Origin: an uncultured Atopobium sp.
GTDB taxonomy: Bacteria; Actinomycetota; Coriobacteriia; Coriobacteriales; Atopobiaceae
Assembly (NCBI GenBank): GCA_946997485.1
Contig: CAMPVF010000002.1
Location: 95,987 to 159,986, forward strand
Direction of reading: 5' to 3'
Length of the DNA: 64,000 nt
The notes under the pieces are model-generated. The model was not told the origin of the DNA, ran no database searches, and saw only the letters and a list, made by a program, of their open reading frames with translations. A program made the translations under genes and the position numbers. Positions 9,472 to 18,829 of this stretch are shown one piece after another. Position 1 is the stretch's first letter; each line of letters starts with the position of its first letter.

Positions 9472-10617
9472 TTACGCGCCTCTCGTTTCGTGTATGTGCT
9501 GCGCCAACAGATGCATTGCTTCGGCATATCCGTCGATACCTTTACCCATTACGGTTGCAATACACGCTGGTCGAATGTATGAAATTTGGCGAAAGTCTTC
9601 GCGGGCGGGAACATCAGAAATATGGACTTCAACTGTTGGAATGTTTACGGCTTTAAGGGCATCGAGCAGTGCAATTGATGTGTGCGTGTATGCTGCCGGA
9701 TTAAACACAATGCCTTCATACACCCCGCGGGCTTGCTGAATTGCGTCTACAAGCTCGCCTTCGTGATTCGATTGGAAACACACACAGCTGGCAAAGCCCT
9801 CACGCTGCGCCGATGTTTCGCACACGTCAATAAGATGCGAATATGTTTGATTGCCATAAATGCCCGGCTCACGCAAGCCCAATAAATTGATATTGGGACC
9901 GTTAAGCACAAGAACATGAAGCTCGTCATGCGCACCCTTACGTGTATGCGCATGTGCGGTTTGTACGTGCTCGTCATCTACAACGTCGAAATTAAGAAGC
10001 GTATCGTTTGCGGCAGCCTGCCTTGAGGGTTGCCTGGTATTTTGTGCGGGTGTATTGGATTTTTGCTCACCTGCTTCATGTGCACCTGGCTCGCTTAACA
10101 GCAGCATACGCGTAAGCTCCTCTGCTTCTGATAGTCCCGCACATTGGAAGGCACCTTGCGCACCTTTTGTGTGCAGCTGCCCATAGGGGCGCACCGCATC
10201 GCTTACATTGTGCGGCAGGTGGCTGTGCTCGTCTGGCGTGTTCTGTGCACTTGTGGTTGCGCGCACGTCATGTACGTGCACGTCAAGAGCGGGTTTGTTT
10301 GTCATGCGCGCACCCGTTGGCTTTTGTGCGCCTGCGGTGTTATCGCATGCCGTAAGATCGTTTGGCAAGCCTGTTATATTGCAAAATGCCGAAAAAATAT
10401 TTTGCACTTTTGTTGGTCTACACACAATTTCGTAGCTGGTATCGTTTCGTTGAAGAAGACCAAGAACGCCCGAGAGGTTTTCGATACCTTCTGCATCGAT
10501 GAGCGTTGGCGTGGCAACGTGCACACGCAGGCGCGTCATACACAGTGCATTAGCTCGAATATTATTTTTACCGCCCAAACACGCAAGAATTGAGGCGGCA
10601 ATCTCTTCGTAGGTCAT
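9472..10617 (-). CDS. aroQ: type II 3-dehydroquinate dehydratase with N-terminal PTS EIIB(Glc-family)-like domain and low-complexity linker
   Basis: The C-terminal ~150 aa carry type II DHQase motifs (VLNGPNINLLGLREPGIYG, HISDV...ARE). The N-terminal ~85 aa match the EIIB pattern GGKNNI..ALCMTRLRV with the phosphocysteine motif C-(I/M)-TRLR. Between them lies ~140 aa rich in Q/A/T/H. Confidence 0.75.
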   Translation of the reverse strand: MTYEEIAASILACLGGKNNIRANALCMTRLRVHVATPTLIDAEGIENLSGVLGLLQRNDTSYEIVCRPTKVQNIFSAFCNITGLPNDLTACDNTAGAQKPTGARMTNKPALDVHVHDVRATTSAQNTPDEHSHLPHNVSDAVRPYGQLHTKGAQGAFQCAGLSEAEELTRMLLLSEPGAHEAGEQKSNTPAQNTRQPSRQAAANDTLLNFDVVDDEHVQTAHAHTRKGAHDELHVLVLNGPNINLLGLREPGIYGNQTYSHLIDVCETSAQREGFASCVCFQSNHEGELVDAIQQARGVYEGIVFNPAAYTHTSIALLDALKAVNIPTVEVHISDVPAREDFRQISYIRPACIATVMGKGIDGYAEAMHLLAQHIHETRGA

Positions 10618-10849
10618 AGCAACTTCCTTGGTCTAAAACTACATCGTATAGAAGTATACGGATAGAAGGCGTTGATGTGGCGTATAGCAGCTTGTTATTT
10701 TGCAAACGCGGCAATTTTCGCCGTGAGTGACAGCCCATCGCGCATATCTTCATGATATGTACGTAAATCGTTCGTATGATATGTGGTGTTGATAGTCGCG
10801 CGCTGCAGTCTTGTTGCTATACACAACGTGCCCTGCGCTGCCGTGCAAA

Positions 10850-12184
10850 TTAGTGCGTTATGCAGGCAAGTATATGACGCGCGCTTTCTTGGGGCGTTGC
10901 ATCAAGTGCGCAGGTATAATCTGCCCACGCGGTATAGCGGGGCATGCGCCTGCGTGCAAGTTCTTCAACACCAACCGAAGCTGAAAGCGGGCGTTTATAC
11001 AACGAGAGCAATTCAAGCGGGCGTGTAAGCAGCACAATAGCAGCTTGTTGATGCAGACATGCATAGTTTTCTTCTCGGCACACAATACCGCCACCGCAGG
11101 CAATAACGCGTGAGGGTTCTTTTGCCACCTTGGCACACACGGCATGCTCTTTTTCGCGAAAAGCATCTTCGCCATACTGCTGTATAAATTCATGGGGTGG
11201 CATAGCATACATCGCTGTAAATTCCGCGTCTAAGTCGACAAAGGTTTTACCGCACAGCGCCGCCAGCGCACGCCCGCACGTAGTTTTGCCTACGCCCGGC
11301 ATACCAATAAGTGCAATCGATTGCTCATTGGCACAAATTTGCTGTACGATGGGTCTAATGCGTGCTACATCGTGGTGCGTGTCTAAAAAGAGGTTGCTTG
11401 AGAATAGCGCCTGTGCAACAAGCATATACAAACCCTGAACATAAGGAATACCAAGCGTTTCTGCTGCCATGCATAAGCCGCTGCGAAGGGGATTATATAC
11501 CACATCTACCACGGCTTTTAGCGAAGAAAATGTACGCATCTGTTCGAGCGAGAGAATCGACTGCGGGCAGGCTGGATACATGCCAACAGGCGTTGTGTTT
11601 ACTATGATAGTGGCATCGGTATGCGCTCGCATAATCTCGTCGTATGACGTTGCACCTTGCGTATCTGCTACTACCATAGATGCGCCAAGCAGCCCAAGCG
11701 CCGTTTGCACAGCACGCGACGCGCCGCCATTGCCACAAATAACAACCTTGTGTTGCGCGAGAAGATTGTTTTTGTATCCTTTGGGAGCAGTTGCCATGGC
11801 TTGAATAATGTCGTCAACATTGACGGCAGGAATACAATTGTTGGTTGCCAAAAAGTCAAGCAACATCATCGTAAAACCAAGCACGTCGGTATTCTCTGCA
11901 AAAATACTACCGTCGGCTTGCTTAACCAGGGTATTTGCCGCGCCGGTAAGCTCTACCAGCATACTTTTATGTGTGCTGAGGCTGCAAACAACCTGTTTAT
12001 AGGGAATGGTAACGTTAAGTCCGCGCCAGGCGCCGTTTGTAACAAACGCCGCAACATCATCGGGCTCTTGTTCAAAAAGCGCATAGGGATAGCTTCCAAG
12101 CTGCTTGTGAATGTAGGGCGACCAGCTGTGTGCAAGCGTGCGACCCAGTAAGCCAAATTGAGCATTGTTGTTGTGCGCTGTCAT
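10850..12184 (-). CDS. aroE: bifunctional shikimate dehydrogenase (N-terminal) / shikimate kinase (C-terminal) fusion
   Basis: N-terminal AroE-like sequence (SWSPYIHK..., NVTIPYK) and a C-terminal P-loop IALIGMPGVGKTTCGRALA typical of AroK. Confidence 0.8.
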   Translation of the reverse strand: MTAHNNNAQFGLLGRTLAHSWSPYIHKQLGSYPYALFEQEPDDVAAFVTNGAWRGLNVTIPYKQVVCSLSTHKSMLVELTGAANTLVKQADGSIFAENTDVLGFTMMLLDFLATNNCIPAVNVDDIIQAMATAPKGYKNNLLAQHKVVICGNGGASRAVQTALGLLGASMVVADTQGATSYDEIMRAHTDATIIVNTTPVGMYPACPQSILSLEQMRTFSSLKAVVDVVYNPLRSGLCMAAETLGIPYVQGLYMLVAQALFSSNLFLDTHHDVARIRPIVQQICANEQSIALIGMPGVGKTTCGRALAALCGKTFVDLDAEFTAMYAMPPHEFIQQYGEDAFREKEHAVCAKVAKEPSRVIACGGGIVCREENYACLHQQAAIVLLTRPLELLSLYKRPLSASVGVEELARRRMPRYTAWADYTCALDATPQESARHILACITH

Positions 12185-13396
12185 TTATATCACCTCAGTA
12201 TATGAACCAAGATAGCGAACGTCACTACATACGTTGAGCAGTGCCCGAATAAGCGCGTCAAATTCTGGCGCAACAACAGGGCATTTTATGTCGAAGTAAA
12301 ACATAAACTCAAAATCGTGACCCACAATTGGCCTACTTTCGAGCTTAATAATGTTTATGCCAAGCGCGTAAAAACAGCGCAAAATTTTGTACAAGCTGCC
12401 TGGCTGGTGCGCGGCAGTAAGCATAAGGCTTGTTCTATCTGCACCTGGATAAATTTCGAGCGTTTTGGTAATGCAGGCAAAACGCGTGTAGTTGTTATCG
12501 GAGTCTTGAATGTCCTCTTTTAGCACTTTGAGTTTGTATAAATCGGCACACGAAGCTGAAGCAATAGCTGCAACGTGTGTATCCTGCGATGTAGCAACCA
12601 TTTGCGCAGCAATAGCCGTATTTTTAACGCGATGAATTTCAGCATGTGGCATTGTTTGCAAAAAGTTGGTGCACTGCGACAGAGCCTGTGGGTGAGAGTA
12701 GATGTGAGTAATCTCATCGAGCGGCAATTCTTTTTTTGCAAGCAGCGTGTGATCAATTTTAAGGCGTGTTGTGCGCGCAATACTAAAGGCATGTTTGCGC
12801 ATAAGGTCGAATACCTGCGTTACCGAGCCTGCGGTGCTGTTTTCGAGCGGCACAATGCCGTATTCACATTCGCCTTTCTCAACTGCGTCAAACACGTCTT
12901 CAAAATGCGGATAGTAGGTAAGTTGTGCATGATTAAAGAGTTTATCCGCGGCAAGCTGCTGATATGCGCCTTCTGCACCCTGCAGTGCAACACGCGCTAC
13001 ATGTGGGAATACGTTCGCTGTTTCATGCTGCGCATTAATGATGTGCTGCAGCATTGCGGGCGTTTCGCTCTTGCGTCCTGCTTGATGATTGCGTGAGAGC
13101 TCCATAATAAGCTCAAAAATTGTTTGAAATTCTTCGGTATGCTCTTTGGGACTTATGGCATACAGCGCGTAAAGGTGCTCGCGTTCGCGTGCACTGTCGA
13201 GGATGGGCAGCTTATGTGCGCGTTTGTATGCAGCAATGCGCTCAGCGCAGTCAAGGCGCTGTTTAAGCAGATCAACAAGGGTGGTGTCGATAGTGTTTAT
13301 CTCGTCGCGCGCAGCAAGCAGGGCGTTTGTATCCTCAGCTTCCTGCGGCGTTTGCACGGGCTTTGTAGTATTTGGTGACGAAGAGTGATGTTGCAT
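12185..13396 (-). CDS. pheA: bifunctional chorismate mutase / prephenate dehydratase (P-protein)
   Basis: N-terminal AroQ-class chorismate mutase helix (LLAARDEINTIDTTLVDLLKQRL), a PDT domain, and a C-terminal ACT domain containing ESRP. Confidence 0.85.
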   Translation of the reverse strand: MQHHSSSPNTTKPVQTPQEAEDTNALLAARDEINTIDTTLVDLLKQRLDCAERIAAYKRAHKLPILDSAREREHLYALYAISPKEHTEEFQTIFELIMELSRNHQAGRKSETPAMLQHIINAQHETANVFPHVARVALQGAEGAYQQLAADKLFNHAQLTYYPHFEDVFDAVEKGECEYGIVPLENSTAGSVTQVFDLMRKHAFSIARTTRLKIDHTLLAKKELPLDEITHIYSHPQALSQCTNFLQTMPHAEIHRVKNTAIAAQMVATSQDTHVAAIASASCADLYKLKVLKEDIQDSDNNYTRFACITKTLEIYPGADRTSLMLTAAHQPGSLYKILRCFYALGINIIKLESRPIVGHDFEFMFYFDIKCPVVAPEFDALIRALLNVCSDVRYLGSYTEVI

Positions 13397-13420
13397 ACGT
13401 ACCTATCTTTTATTTGTCGT

Positions 13421-14677
13421 TTATTGCTGCTCGTCTAGGAGCATATCCATAATTGTAAATGCGCACATAGCTTCAACAACAACGCATGCACGGGGAACGA
13501 TGCACGGGTCGTGACGACCAGAAATGCGCAAAAGAGCCGGTTGTTTTGTTGCTATATCAACCGACTGTTGTACATGACCTATCGATGGTGTGGGTTTTAT
13601 ACCAACGCGGACAAATACGGGCTCACCGGTACTTATACCGCCAAGCACGCCGCCTGCATGATTGGTTTCAAAGATAACGTCGCGTGCATGCGCGTCTGAG
13701 CGGCGACGCCAGCGCTCAGCATCAGCTTGAGGATTGGTGTTGTTTTCACAGGTAGATGTGTCGTGCGCGTTTGCGGCTGCCGCGTTTGTAGCATCTGTAG
13801 CATCTGATGTGTCTGCGGCATAGGTCATCTGGTCGTTGTGTTCCGATCCGCGCATGAGGCACGCACCAAATCCTTCGCCAAATTCAACGGCCTTAACAGC
13901 AGGAATACCAAAGAGTGCGCACGCGAGCTTGTTTTCCAAGCCGCCAAACATACCGCTGCCAATACCTGCAGGAACGCCGGTACACACACATTCTATGGTG
14001 CCGCCTACGCTATCGGCATCGCGCCGCGCGTCGTCTATATACGCGCTCATGGCTTGCGCAGCGTCGGCGTTAATGGTGCATAGTTCGTGAGGATGTGCGC
14101 ACGTGCGCTCTTCAAGCGTTTGCAGCTGTGCTTTAAGCACGCTACGACCGTGTTTGCTTCTATCGGCAAATGCAAATGTGTCGTCATGAATAGTGCCAAT
14201 AGACGCTACGTGTGCCATTACGCGCACGCCATGAGCCTGCAAATATTGCTTTGCAAGACCACCTGCAATGCATATACCTGCAGTAAGTCGGCCCGAAAAA
14301 TGTCCGCCACCGCTTATATCTTGAAAACCATGATAGCGCCGCCAGGCAGCATAATCGCTGTGCCCGGGGCGAAGTATATGACTGAGCGTTGCATAATCGC
14401 CCGAGCGTGTGTTGGTGTTTTGGATAATGCCGCAGATAGGAGCGCCACAGCTTGTGCCCTGTGCCGAGAAACCCGAAACAAAATGCACAGTGTCGGCTTC
14501 TTTGCGCGGCGTTGCAAATGAAGCAAAGCCGGGTGCGCGTCGTTGCATAAACTGCGTCAATGCTTCGAAGTTGGGGGTAAACCCTGCGGGAAAACCGTCG
14601 AGAACGCAGCCAATGGCATCGCTATGCGACTGACCAAATATCGAAAGAGTAAGACGGGTACCAATGCTCGATGACAT
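13421..14677 (-). CDS. aroC: chorismate synthase (with ~50 aa low-complexity insertion)
   Basis: N-terminal FGQSHSDAIGCVLDGFPAG and conserved C-terminal core. An insertion rich in D/T/A/N sits at roughly aa 283-335. Confidence 0.9.
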   Translation of the reverse strand: MSSSIGTRLTLSIFGQSHSDAIGCVLDGFPAGFTPNFEALTQFMQRRAPGFASFATPRKEADTVHFVSGFSAQGTSCGAPICGIIQNTNTRSGDYATLSHILRPGHSDYAAWRRYHGFQDISGGGHFSGRLTAGICIAGGLAKQYLQAHGVRVMAHVASIGTIHDDTFAFADRSKHGRSVLKAQLQTLEERTCAHPHELCTINADAAQAMSAYIDDARRDADSVGGTIECVCTGVPAGIGSGMFGGLENKLACALFGIPAVKAVEFGEGFGACLMRGSEHNDQMTYAADTSDATDATNAAAANAHDTSTCENNTNPQADAERWRRRSDAHARDVIFETNHAGGVLGGISTGEPVFVRVGIKPTPSIGHVQQSVDIATKQPALLRISGRHDPCIVPRACVVVEAMCAFTIMDMLLDEQQ

Positions 14678-14679
14678 GG

Positions 14680-16023
14680 TTAATCCTCCTTAATTTCGAT
14701 ATAACCGCCAAGTTCAATGAAGTCTTCAAAAAACGACGGATACGATTTAGCAACACATTCGGCTCCAATAAGAGTGCAGGAACGGCTTGAACCAGCTGCA
14801 CAAATAGCAGCCATCATAGCAATGCGGTGATCGTTTGCACACGACACGGTACCTGCGCCATTAAGACGACCGCGACCGTGAATATAAATAGCATCATCAT
14901 CAGCGGTAATGTCGGCGCCCAGGGCACTTAGCGCGCGTGTAATTGCTACAATGCGATTTGATTCTTTGAGCTGCAGACGATGCGCGCCTGTAAGTGTTGT
15001 ATTACCCCAGGCAAAACACGCTGTTGCGGCTAGTGGGGGAGCAAGATCGATAATATCGTTAAGCTCAAGTGTGCAGCCGCGCATGAGTTTTGCATGTACT
15101 TCAACAGCGTGTTCTTGTTGTTCTACATGCGCGCCAAAGTTCATAAGACATGAAAGAATGCGCCTATCACCCTGAAGACTTGCAAGGTTAAGGCCTTCAA
15201 CACGAATGTTATGACCCATTGCACCTGCAGCGAGCCAAAAACTTGCATTCGACCAATCGGCTTCAACTACAACAGGCTGGAGCGGACAGCGCATCTGCGT
15301 GCCGTTCACGGCAAATACCCACGGATCGGACGTGTTTTCTGGTTTGGTAACTTCTACCTGCACACCAAAGTATGACAGTGCTTGTATGGTCATCGATACG
15401 TAGTCTTGCGATTCAAAGGGTGCTTCAACCACAATTGTAAACGCTGCTTGAGCTGCACATGCAGCAAGAAGCAGCCCTGAGATATACTGGCTTGACACGT
15501 TTCCTTTGAGCTTAAATGTTGTTGCAGTAAGCGCGCCCGTAAGCGTAAAAGGAAATTCGCCCTGCTCGGAAAGGGTAATACCTGCATTGCTCAAAAGAGA
15601 ATAGAGTGGCTCGAGTGGGCGCTGTGCCAAGCGCTTTGCACCAACAAAACAAAATGAGCCACCAAGGGCAGCACATACAGCAACCATGAAGCGAAATGTT
15701 GAACCCGACTCTTTGCAGTTGAGTATGGGCATGTCTTCTAAGCGAGCGGGGGTGTTGTCGGCGGATATAGCCTCTTTTGGCGCAGAAGAATATTGCGAGC
15801 GTATGCCGCGTATGCGCCAGCCACGTTTTGTTTTGGTAATGCGCGCACCGAGCGCTTCGAGGCATGATACCGTGGTGTCGATGTCTTGCGACGTTGTCGT
15901 GCAATCTACATCAACTATCCCATCGCTTAATGCAGCAAGAATTAAAATACGGTGTGCCATCGATTTTGACGATATCGCACGAATGGTACCCGATAATTGA
16001 TGTGGCTCAATGATAACGTTCAA
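14680..16023 (-). CDS. aroA: 3-phosphoshikimate 1-carboxyvinyltransferase (EPSP synthase)
   Basis: 447 aa matching the EPSPS fold, with ISSKSMAHRILILAALSDG at the N-terminus. Confidence 0.9.
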   Translation of the reverse strand: MNVIIEPHQLSGTIRAISSKSMAHRILILAALSDGIVDVDCTTTSQDIDTTVSCLEALGARITKTKRGWRIRGIRSQYSSAPKEAISADNTPARLEDMPILNCKESGSTFRFMVAVCAALGGSFCFVGAKRLAQRPLEPLYSLLSNAGITLSEQGEFPFTLTGALTATTFKLKGNVSSQYISGLLLAACAAQAAFTIVVEAPFESQDYVSMTIQALSYFGVQVEVTKPENTSDPWVFAVNGTQMRCPLQPVVVEADWSNASFWLAAGAMGHNIRVEGLNLASLQGDRRILSCLMNFGAHVEQQEHAVEVHAKLMRGCTLELNDIIDLAPPLAATACFAWGNTTLTGAHRLQLKESNRIVAITRALSALGADITADDDAIYIHGRGRLNGAGTVSCANDHRIAMMAAICAAGSSRSCTLIGAECVAKSYPSFFEDFIELGGYIEIKED

Positions 16024-16138
16024 TGTTATGCCTTTCGTGTGTTGTCTTGCTCTGTGTGCCTTTTATGCAGCTCATGCATCGTGCACATCTCACGTTACGC
16101 GCGCTCGAGACTGGCGTACATGACGCGCATGCCGCGCG

Positions 16139-17245
16139 TTATGCGCCAAGATCGAGCAGCTCGCGCATTTCTTGTATGGGAATCGTTTTAAGCTCTGCGT
16201 GTCCAATGGTTGGCGTAAGCACAATGGTAATGGTATCGCCGCGGCGCTTTTTATCATGCAAAATAAACGGATAGAGTTCATTTGGCAAAAACGGCGTGCG
16301 AATAGGCAGATCGTAGCTGGTAAGAATGTCCTCAAGCTGGCGTGCAATGTTGCTATCAGCCCAGCCTTTGCGTGCGGCTGCACGCATCATGTAGCACATG
16401 CCCATACCAACACAGCTTCCATGACCAATACTAAAGTTCGATGCCGCTTCAATGGCATGTCCAATCGTATGGCCAAAATTGAGCACCTGACGTATGCTCG
16501 ATTCACATTCATCTTGAGAAACCACCTGCGCTTTAATTTCTGCGCAGCGACGAATCGACGCACAGGTGTGCGCGCTTATAGGCTCGTTTGCGTGAATATC
16601 ATCGGTAAGGCGATGAGAAGAAAGCTCCTCAAAAAGTGCTGCATCAGCCATCGCGCCATACTTAATTACTTCACCACACGCATCATGAAGCACGTTTTTT
16701 GGCAGGGTAGTAAGGGTAGCAGGGTCAATAATAACTGCCTGAGGCTGAGTAAAGCTACCCACAAGATTTTTGCCAGCTTCTAAATCGACTGCTGTTTTGC
16801 CGCCAATAGACGAATCAACCATGGCTAAAAGCGACGTTGGAATATGTATAAGTTGAATGCCACGCATGTAAAGCGCTGCACACAAACCGCCCATATCGCC
16901 CGTAACACCGCCACCAAGTGCAATAATGCAATCGGAGCGTGTAAGTTCATAGCCTGCGATACGCTCAAGCATACGTGCGCAAGTAGGAATGGTTTTATGC
17001 TGCTCACCTGCAGGAAACTCCACAATATGAGCAAGAACACCAGCCTCGTTAAGCGCATCACACACTATATGCCCGTAGAGCGCAGCAACCGTGCTATCAC
17101 TGATAACGCATATACGTGAAGCGTCTGTAACACTCATTACCAGCTTGGCTATATGGGAGAGAGCGCCCGTTTCAACAACAATGGGGTAGCGTTTACTTGC
17201 ACACGACACCATAATGGCGTCGTGATTGTTATCATGGATACTCAT
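16139..17245 (-). CDS. aroB: 3-dehydroquinate synthase
   Basis: 368 aa with the GGGVTGDMGG NAD-binding motif and metal-binding His residues. Its start overlaps the tyrA stop by 4 nt. Confidence 0.9.
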   Translation of the reverse strand: MSIHDNNHDAIMVSCASKRYPIVVETGALSHIAKLVMSVTDASRICVISDSTVAALYGHIVCDALNEAGVLAHIVEFPAGEQHKTIPTCARMLERIAGYELTRSDCIIALGGGVTGDMGGLCAALYMRGIQLIHIPTSLLAMVDSSIGGKTAVDLEAGKNLVGSFTQPQAVIIDPATLTTLPKNVLHDACGEVIKYGAMADAALFEELSSHRLTDDIHANEPISAHTCASIRRCAEIKAQVVSQDECESSIRQVLNFGHTIGHAIEAASNFSIGHGSCVGMGMCYMMRAAARKGWADSNIARQLEDILTSYDLPIRTPFLPNELYPFILHDKKRRGDTITIVLTPTIGHAELKTIPIQEMRELLDLGA

Positions 17246-18231
17246 GAGCTCTTCTCAGCCTTTCGTTCTGCTTGTCGTTTAAGCGCATCGCCCTGTTCAA
17301 GAAGCTGCGTAAGCGTTTCTGCATCTGCATCGTCGAGCGCCTGTTTGTAGCGCGCAAGCTCGTGTATGAGCAGGTCAATTTCGTGGGAGAGATTATCGCG
17401 GTTGTCCATAAAAAGTTCGCACCACATAACGGGATTGAGTCTGGCTACACGCGTGAGATCTTTATACGATCCGGCTGAAAATCCTTTGTGCATTTGCGCT
17501 GCTGGACTCTTTACGTACGCGTTTGAGACCACGTGTGCCAGCTGTGATGTGTAGGCAATTTGCTGGTCGTGGAATTGTGGTGTTGCGTTGCAGTACGAAG
17601 CAAAACCACAAGGCTCCAAAAGCTTCTGCAGACGTGCTGCCAGCGTGTGTGCATCGGCTTGTGGCTTTGTTGTATTATCTGCGCAGCATACAACCATGGG
17701 TGCTTTGTTAAACATGTTTGCGCGCGCATGAGCAAAGCCCGAATATTGGGTACCTGCCATAGGGTGGCAGCCAATAAAATGCCACGGATAATTTTTGGCG
17801 AGTGAAAAACAATAATCGCAGGTAGCACGCTTTACACCTGCAGTATCAATAACAAGTGCATCGGGGCTTATATACTGAGCATTACGCACAAGCCACTCTT
17901 GGTTTGCATGCGGATATAACGCAAGGATAATAAGTTCACAAAAAGGAATGGTGTCGGGTGTAAGTGTGCCGCATCCAAGCTCATCTAACGCGAGCGCGCA
18001 CGTATTGGGGTTTCTCTCATATATGTACAGTTGAGTTGAGTGCGATGGATTATGTGAGTTTTGAGCGGCAGCGGCAAATGCTTTTGCAAACGAACCGCCA
18101 ATAAGTCCCAAACCTACTACACCTATGGTACGCGGAATAAATGCTGTGGGATGCTGGTTTTGTTGGGTATCTGTACCCTGCTTCGCACCCTGTTGTGCAT
18201 TCTGGTTGTGTTGAGCAGAAATAACTGTCAC
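17242..18231 (-). CDS. tyrA: prephenate dehydrogenase
   Basis: IGVVGLGLIGGSFAKAF Rossmann motif and PDH family architecture. It is the first CDS of the aro supraoperon. Confidence 0.8.
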   Translation of the reverse strand: MTVISAQHNQNAQQGAKQGTDTQQNQHPTAFIPRTIGVVGLGLIGGSFAKAFAAAAQNSHNPSHSTQLYIYERNPNTCALALDELGCGTLTPDTIPFCELIILALYPHANQEWLVRNAQYISPDALVIDTAGVKRATCDYCFSLAKNYPWHFIGCHPMAGTQYSGFAHARANMFNKAPMVVCCADNTTKPQADAHTLAARLQKLLEPCGFASYCNATPQFHDQQIAYTSQLAHVVSNAYVKSPAAQMHKGFSAGSYKDLTRVARLNPVMWCELFMDNRDNLSHEIDLLIHELARYKQALDDADAETLTQLLEQGDALKRQAERKAEKSS

Positions 18232-18311
18232 CTCGTTTGTGCAACTATTAACGTGGCATCTTAATGGTGTTTTACCTGCTACGTTATGGGGTATGAGGGT
18301 AGGTTTGTATG

Positions 18312-18388
18312 TGGTGACCCCGGCGGGGTTCGAACCCGCGACCTTTCGCTCCGGAGGCGAACGCTCTCATCCACTGAGCTACGGGGCC
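18312..18388 (-). tRNA. tRNA-Arg (anticodon CCG)
   Basis: The reverse complement reads GGCCCCGTAGCTCAGTGGATGAGAGCGTTCGCCTCCGGAGCGAAAGGTCGCGGGTTCGAACCCCGCCGGGGTCACCA. This gives a 7-bp acceptor stem with one GU pair, a D-arm, an anticodon loop CUCCGGA (CCG), a T-arm GGTTCGAAC and an encoded CCA. Confidence 0.85.
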
Positions 18389-18499
18389 AGATGGTATACA
18401 AACGCGTGCACAAACGCTCACGCACATGCACTAAGCACGTGCATGGCACAGCGCACATATCAATGGTCATTAGTGTACCATGTGCAGCAGGTGATATGG

Positions 18500-18560
18500 C
18501 GCAGCTACGCGTAAATTTCTTATTAATTATATCTTACGAAAACGAAGAAACCCAAGACAC
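18500..18560 (-). promoter_or_regulatory. candidate promoter for tRNA-Arg/aro operon (perfect TATAAT on minus strand)
   Basis: The minus-strand sequence contains TATAAT (plus 18526..18531), about 135 nt upstream of the tRNA, with weak -35 candidates (TTGGGT/TTCTTC) upstream. Confidence 0.2.
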
Positions 18561-18829
18561 ACACGTACCACTAAGATGTATGCGTGGCGTACAGCCGCGC
18601 CATGGTTCCGCGCGTTTGCTTGCGCACGCTGCACACCCGCTGTGAGCGCTTTTGTTGTTGGTGGAGAGTATATGTATGCCTTACTCATATTATGTTATTT
18701 AGTTACAAGTTGTATCAGCATTTTGCGCGTGCTTTATAGTAATACCAATGCGCACGCGTATGTGCTTGCCGCACCATGCGTATGCGCACACTATCGTTAC
18801 GCTAAAAAAGCAGCAGCTAGGAGTTTTGC

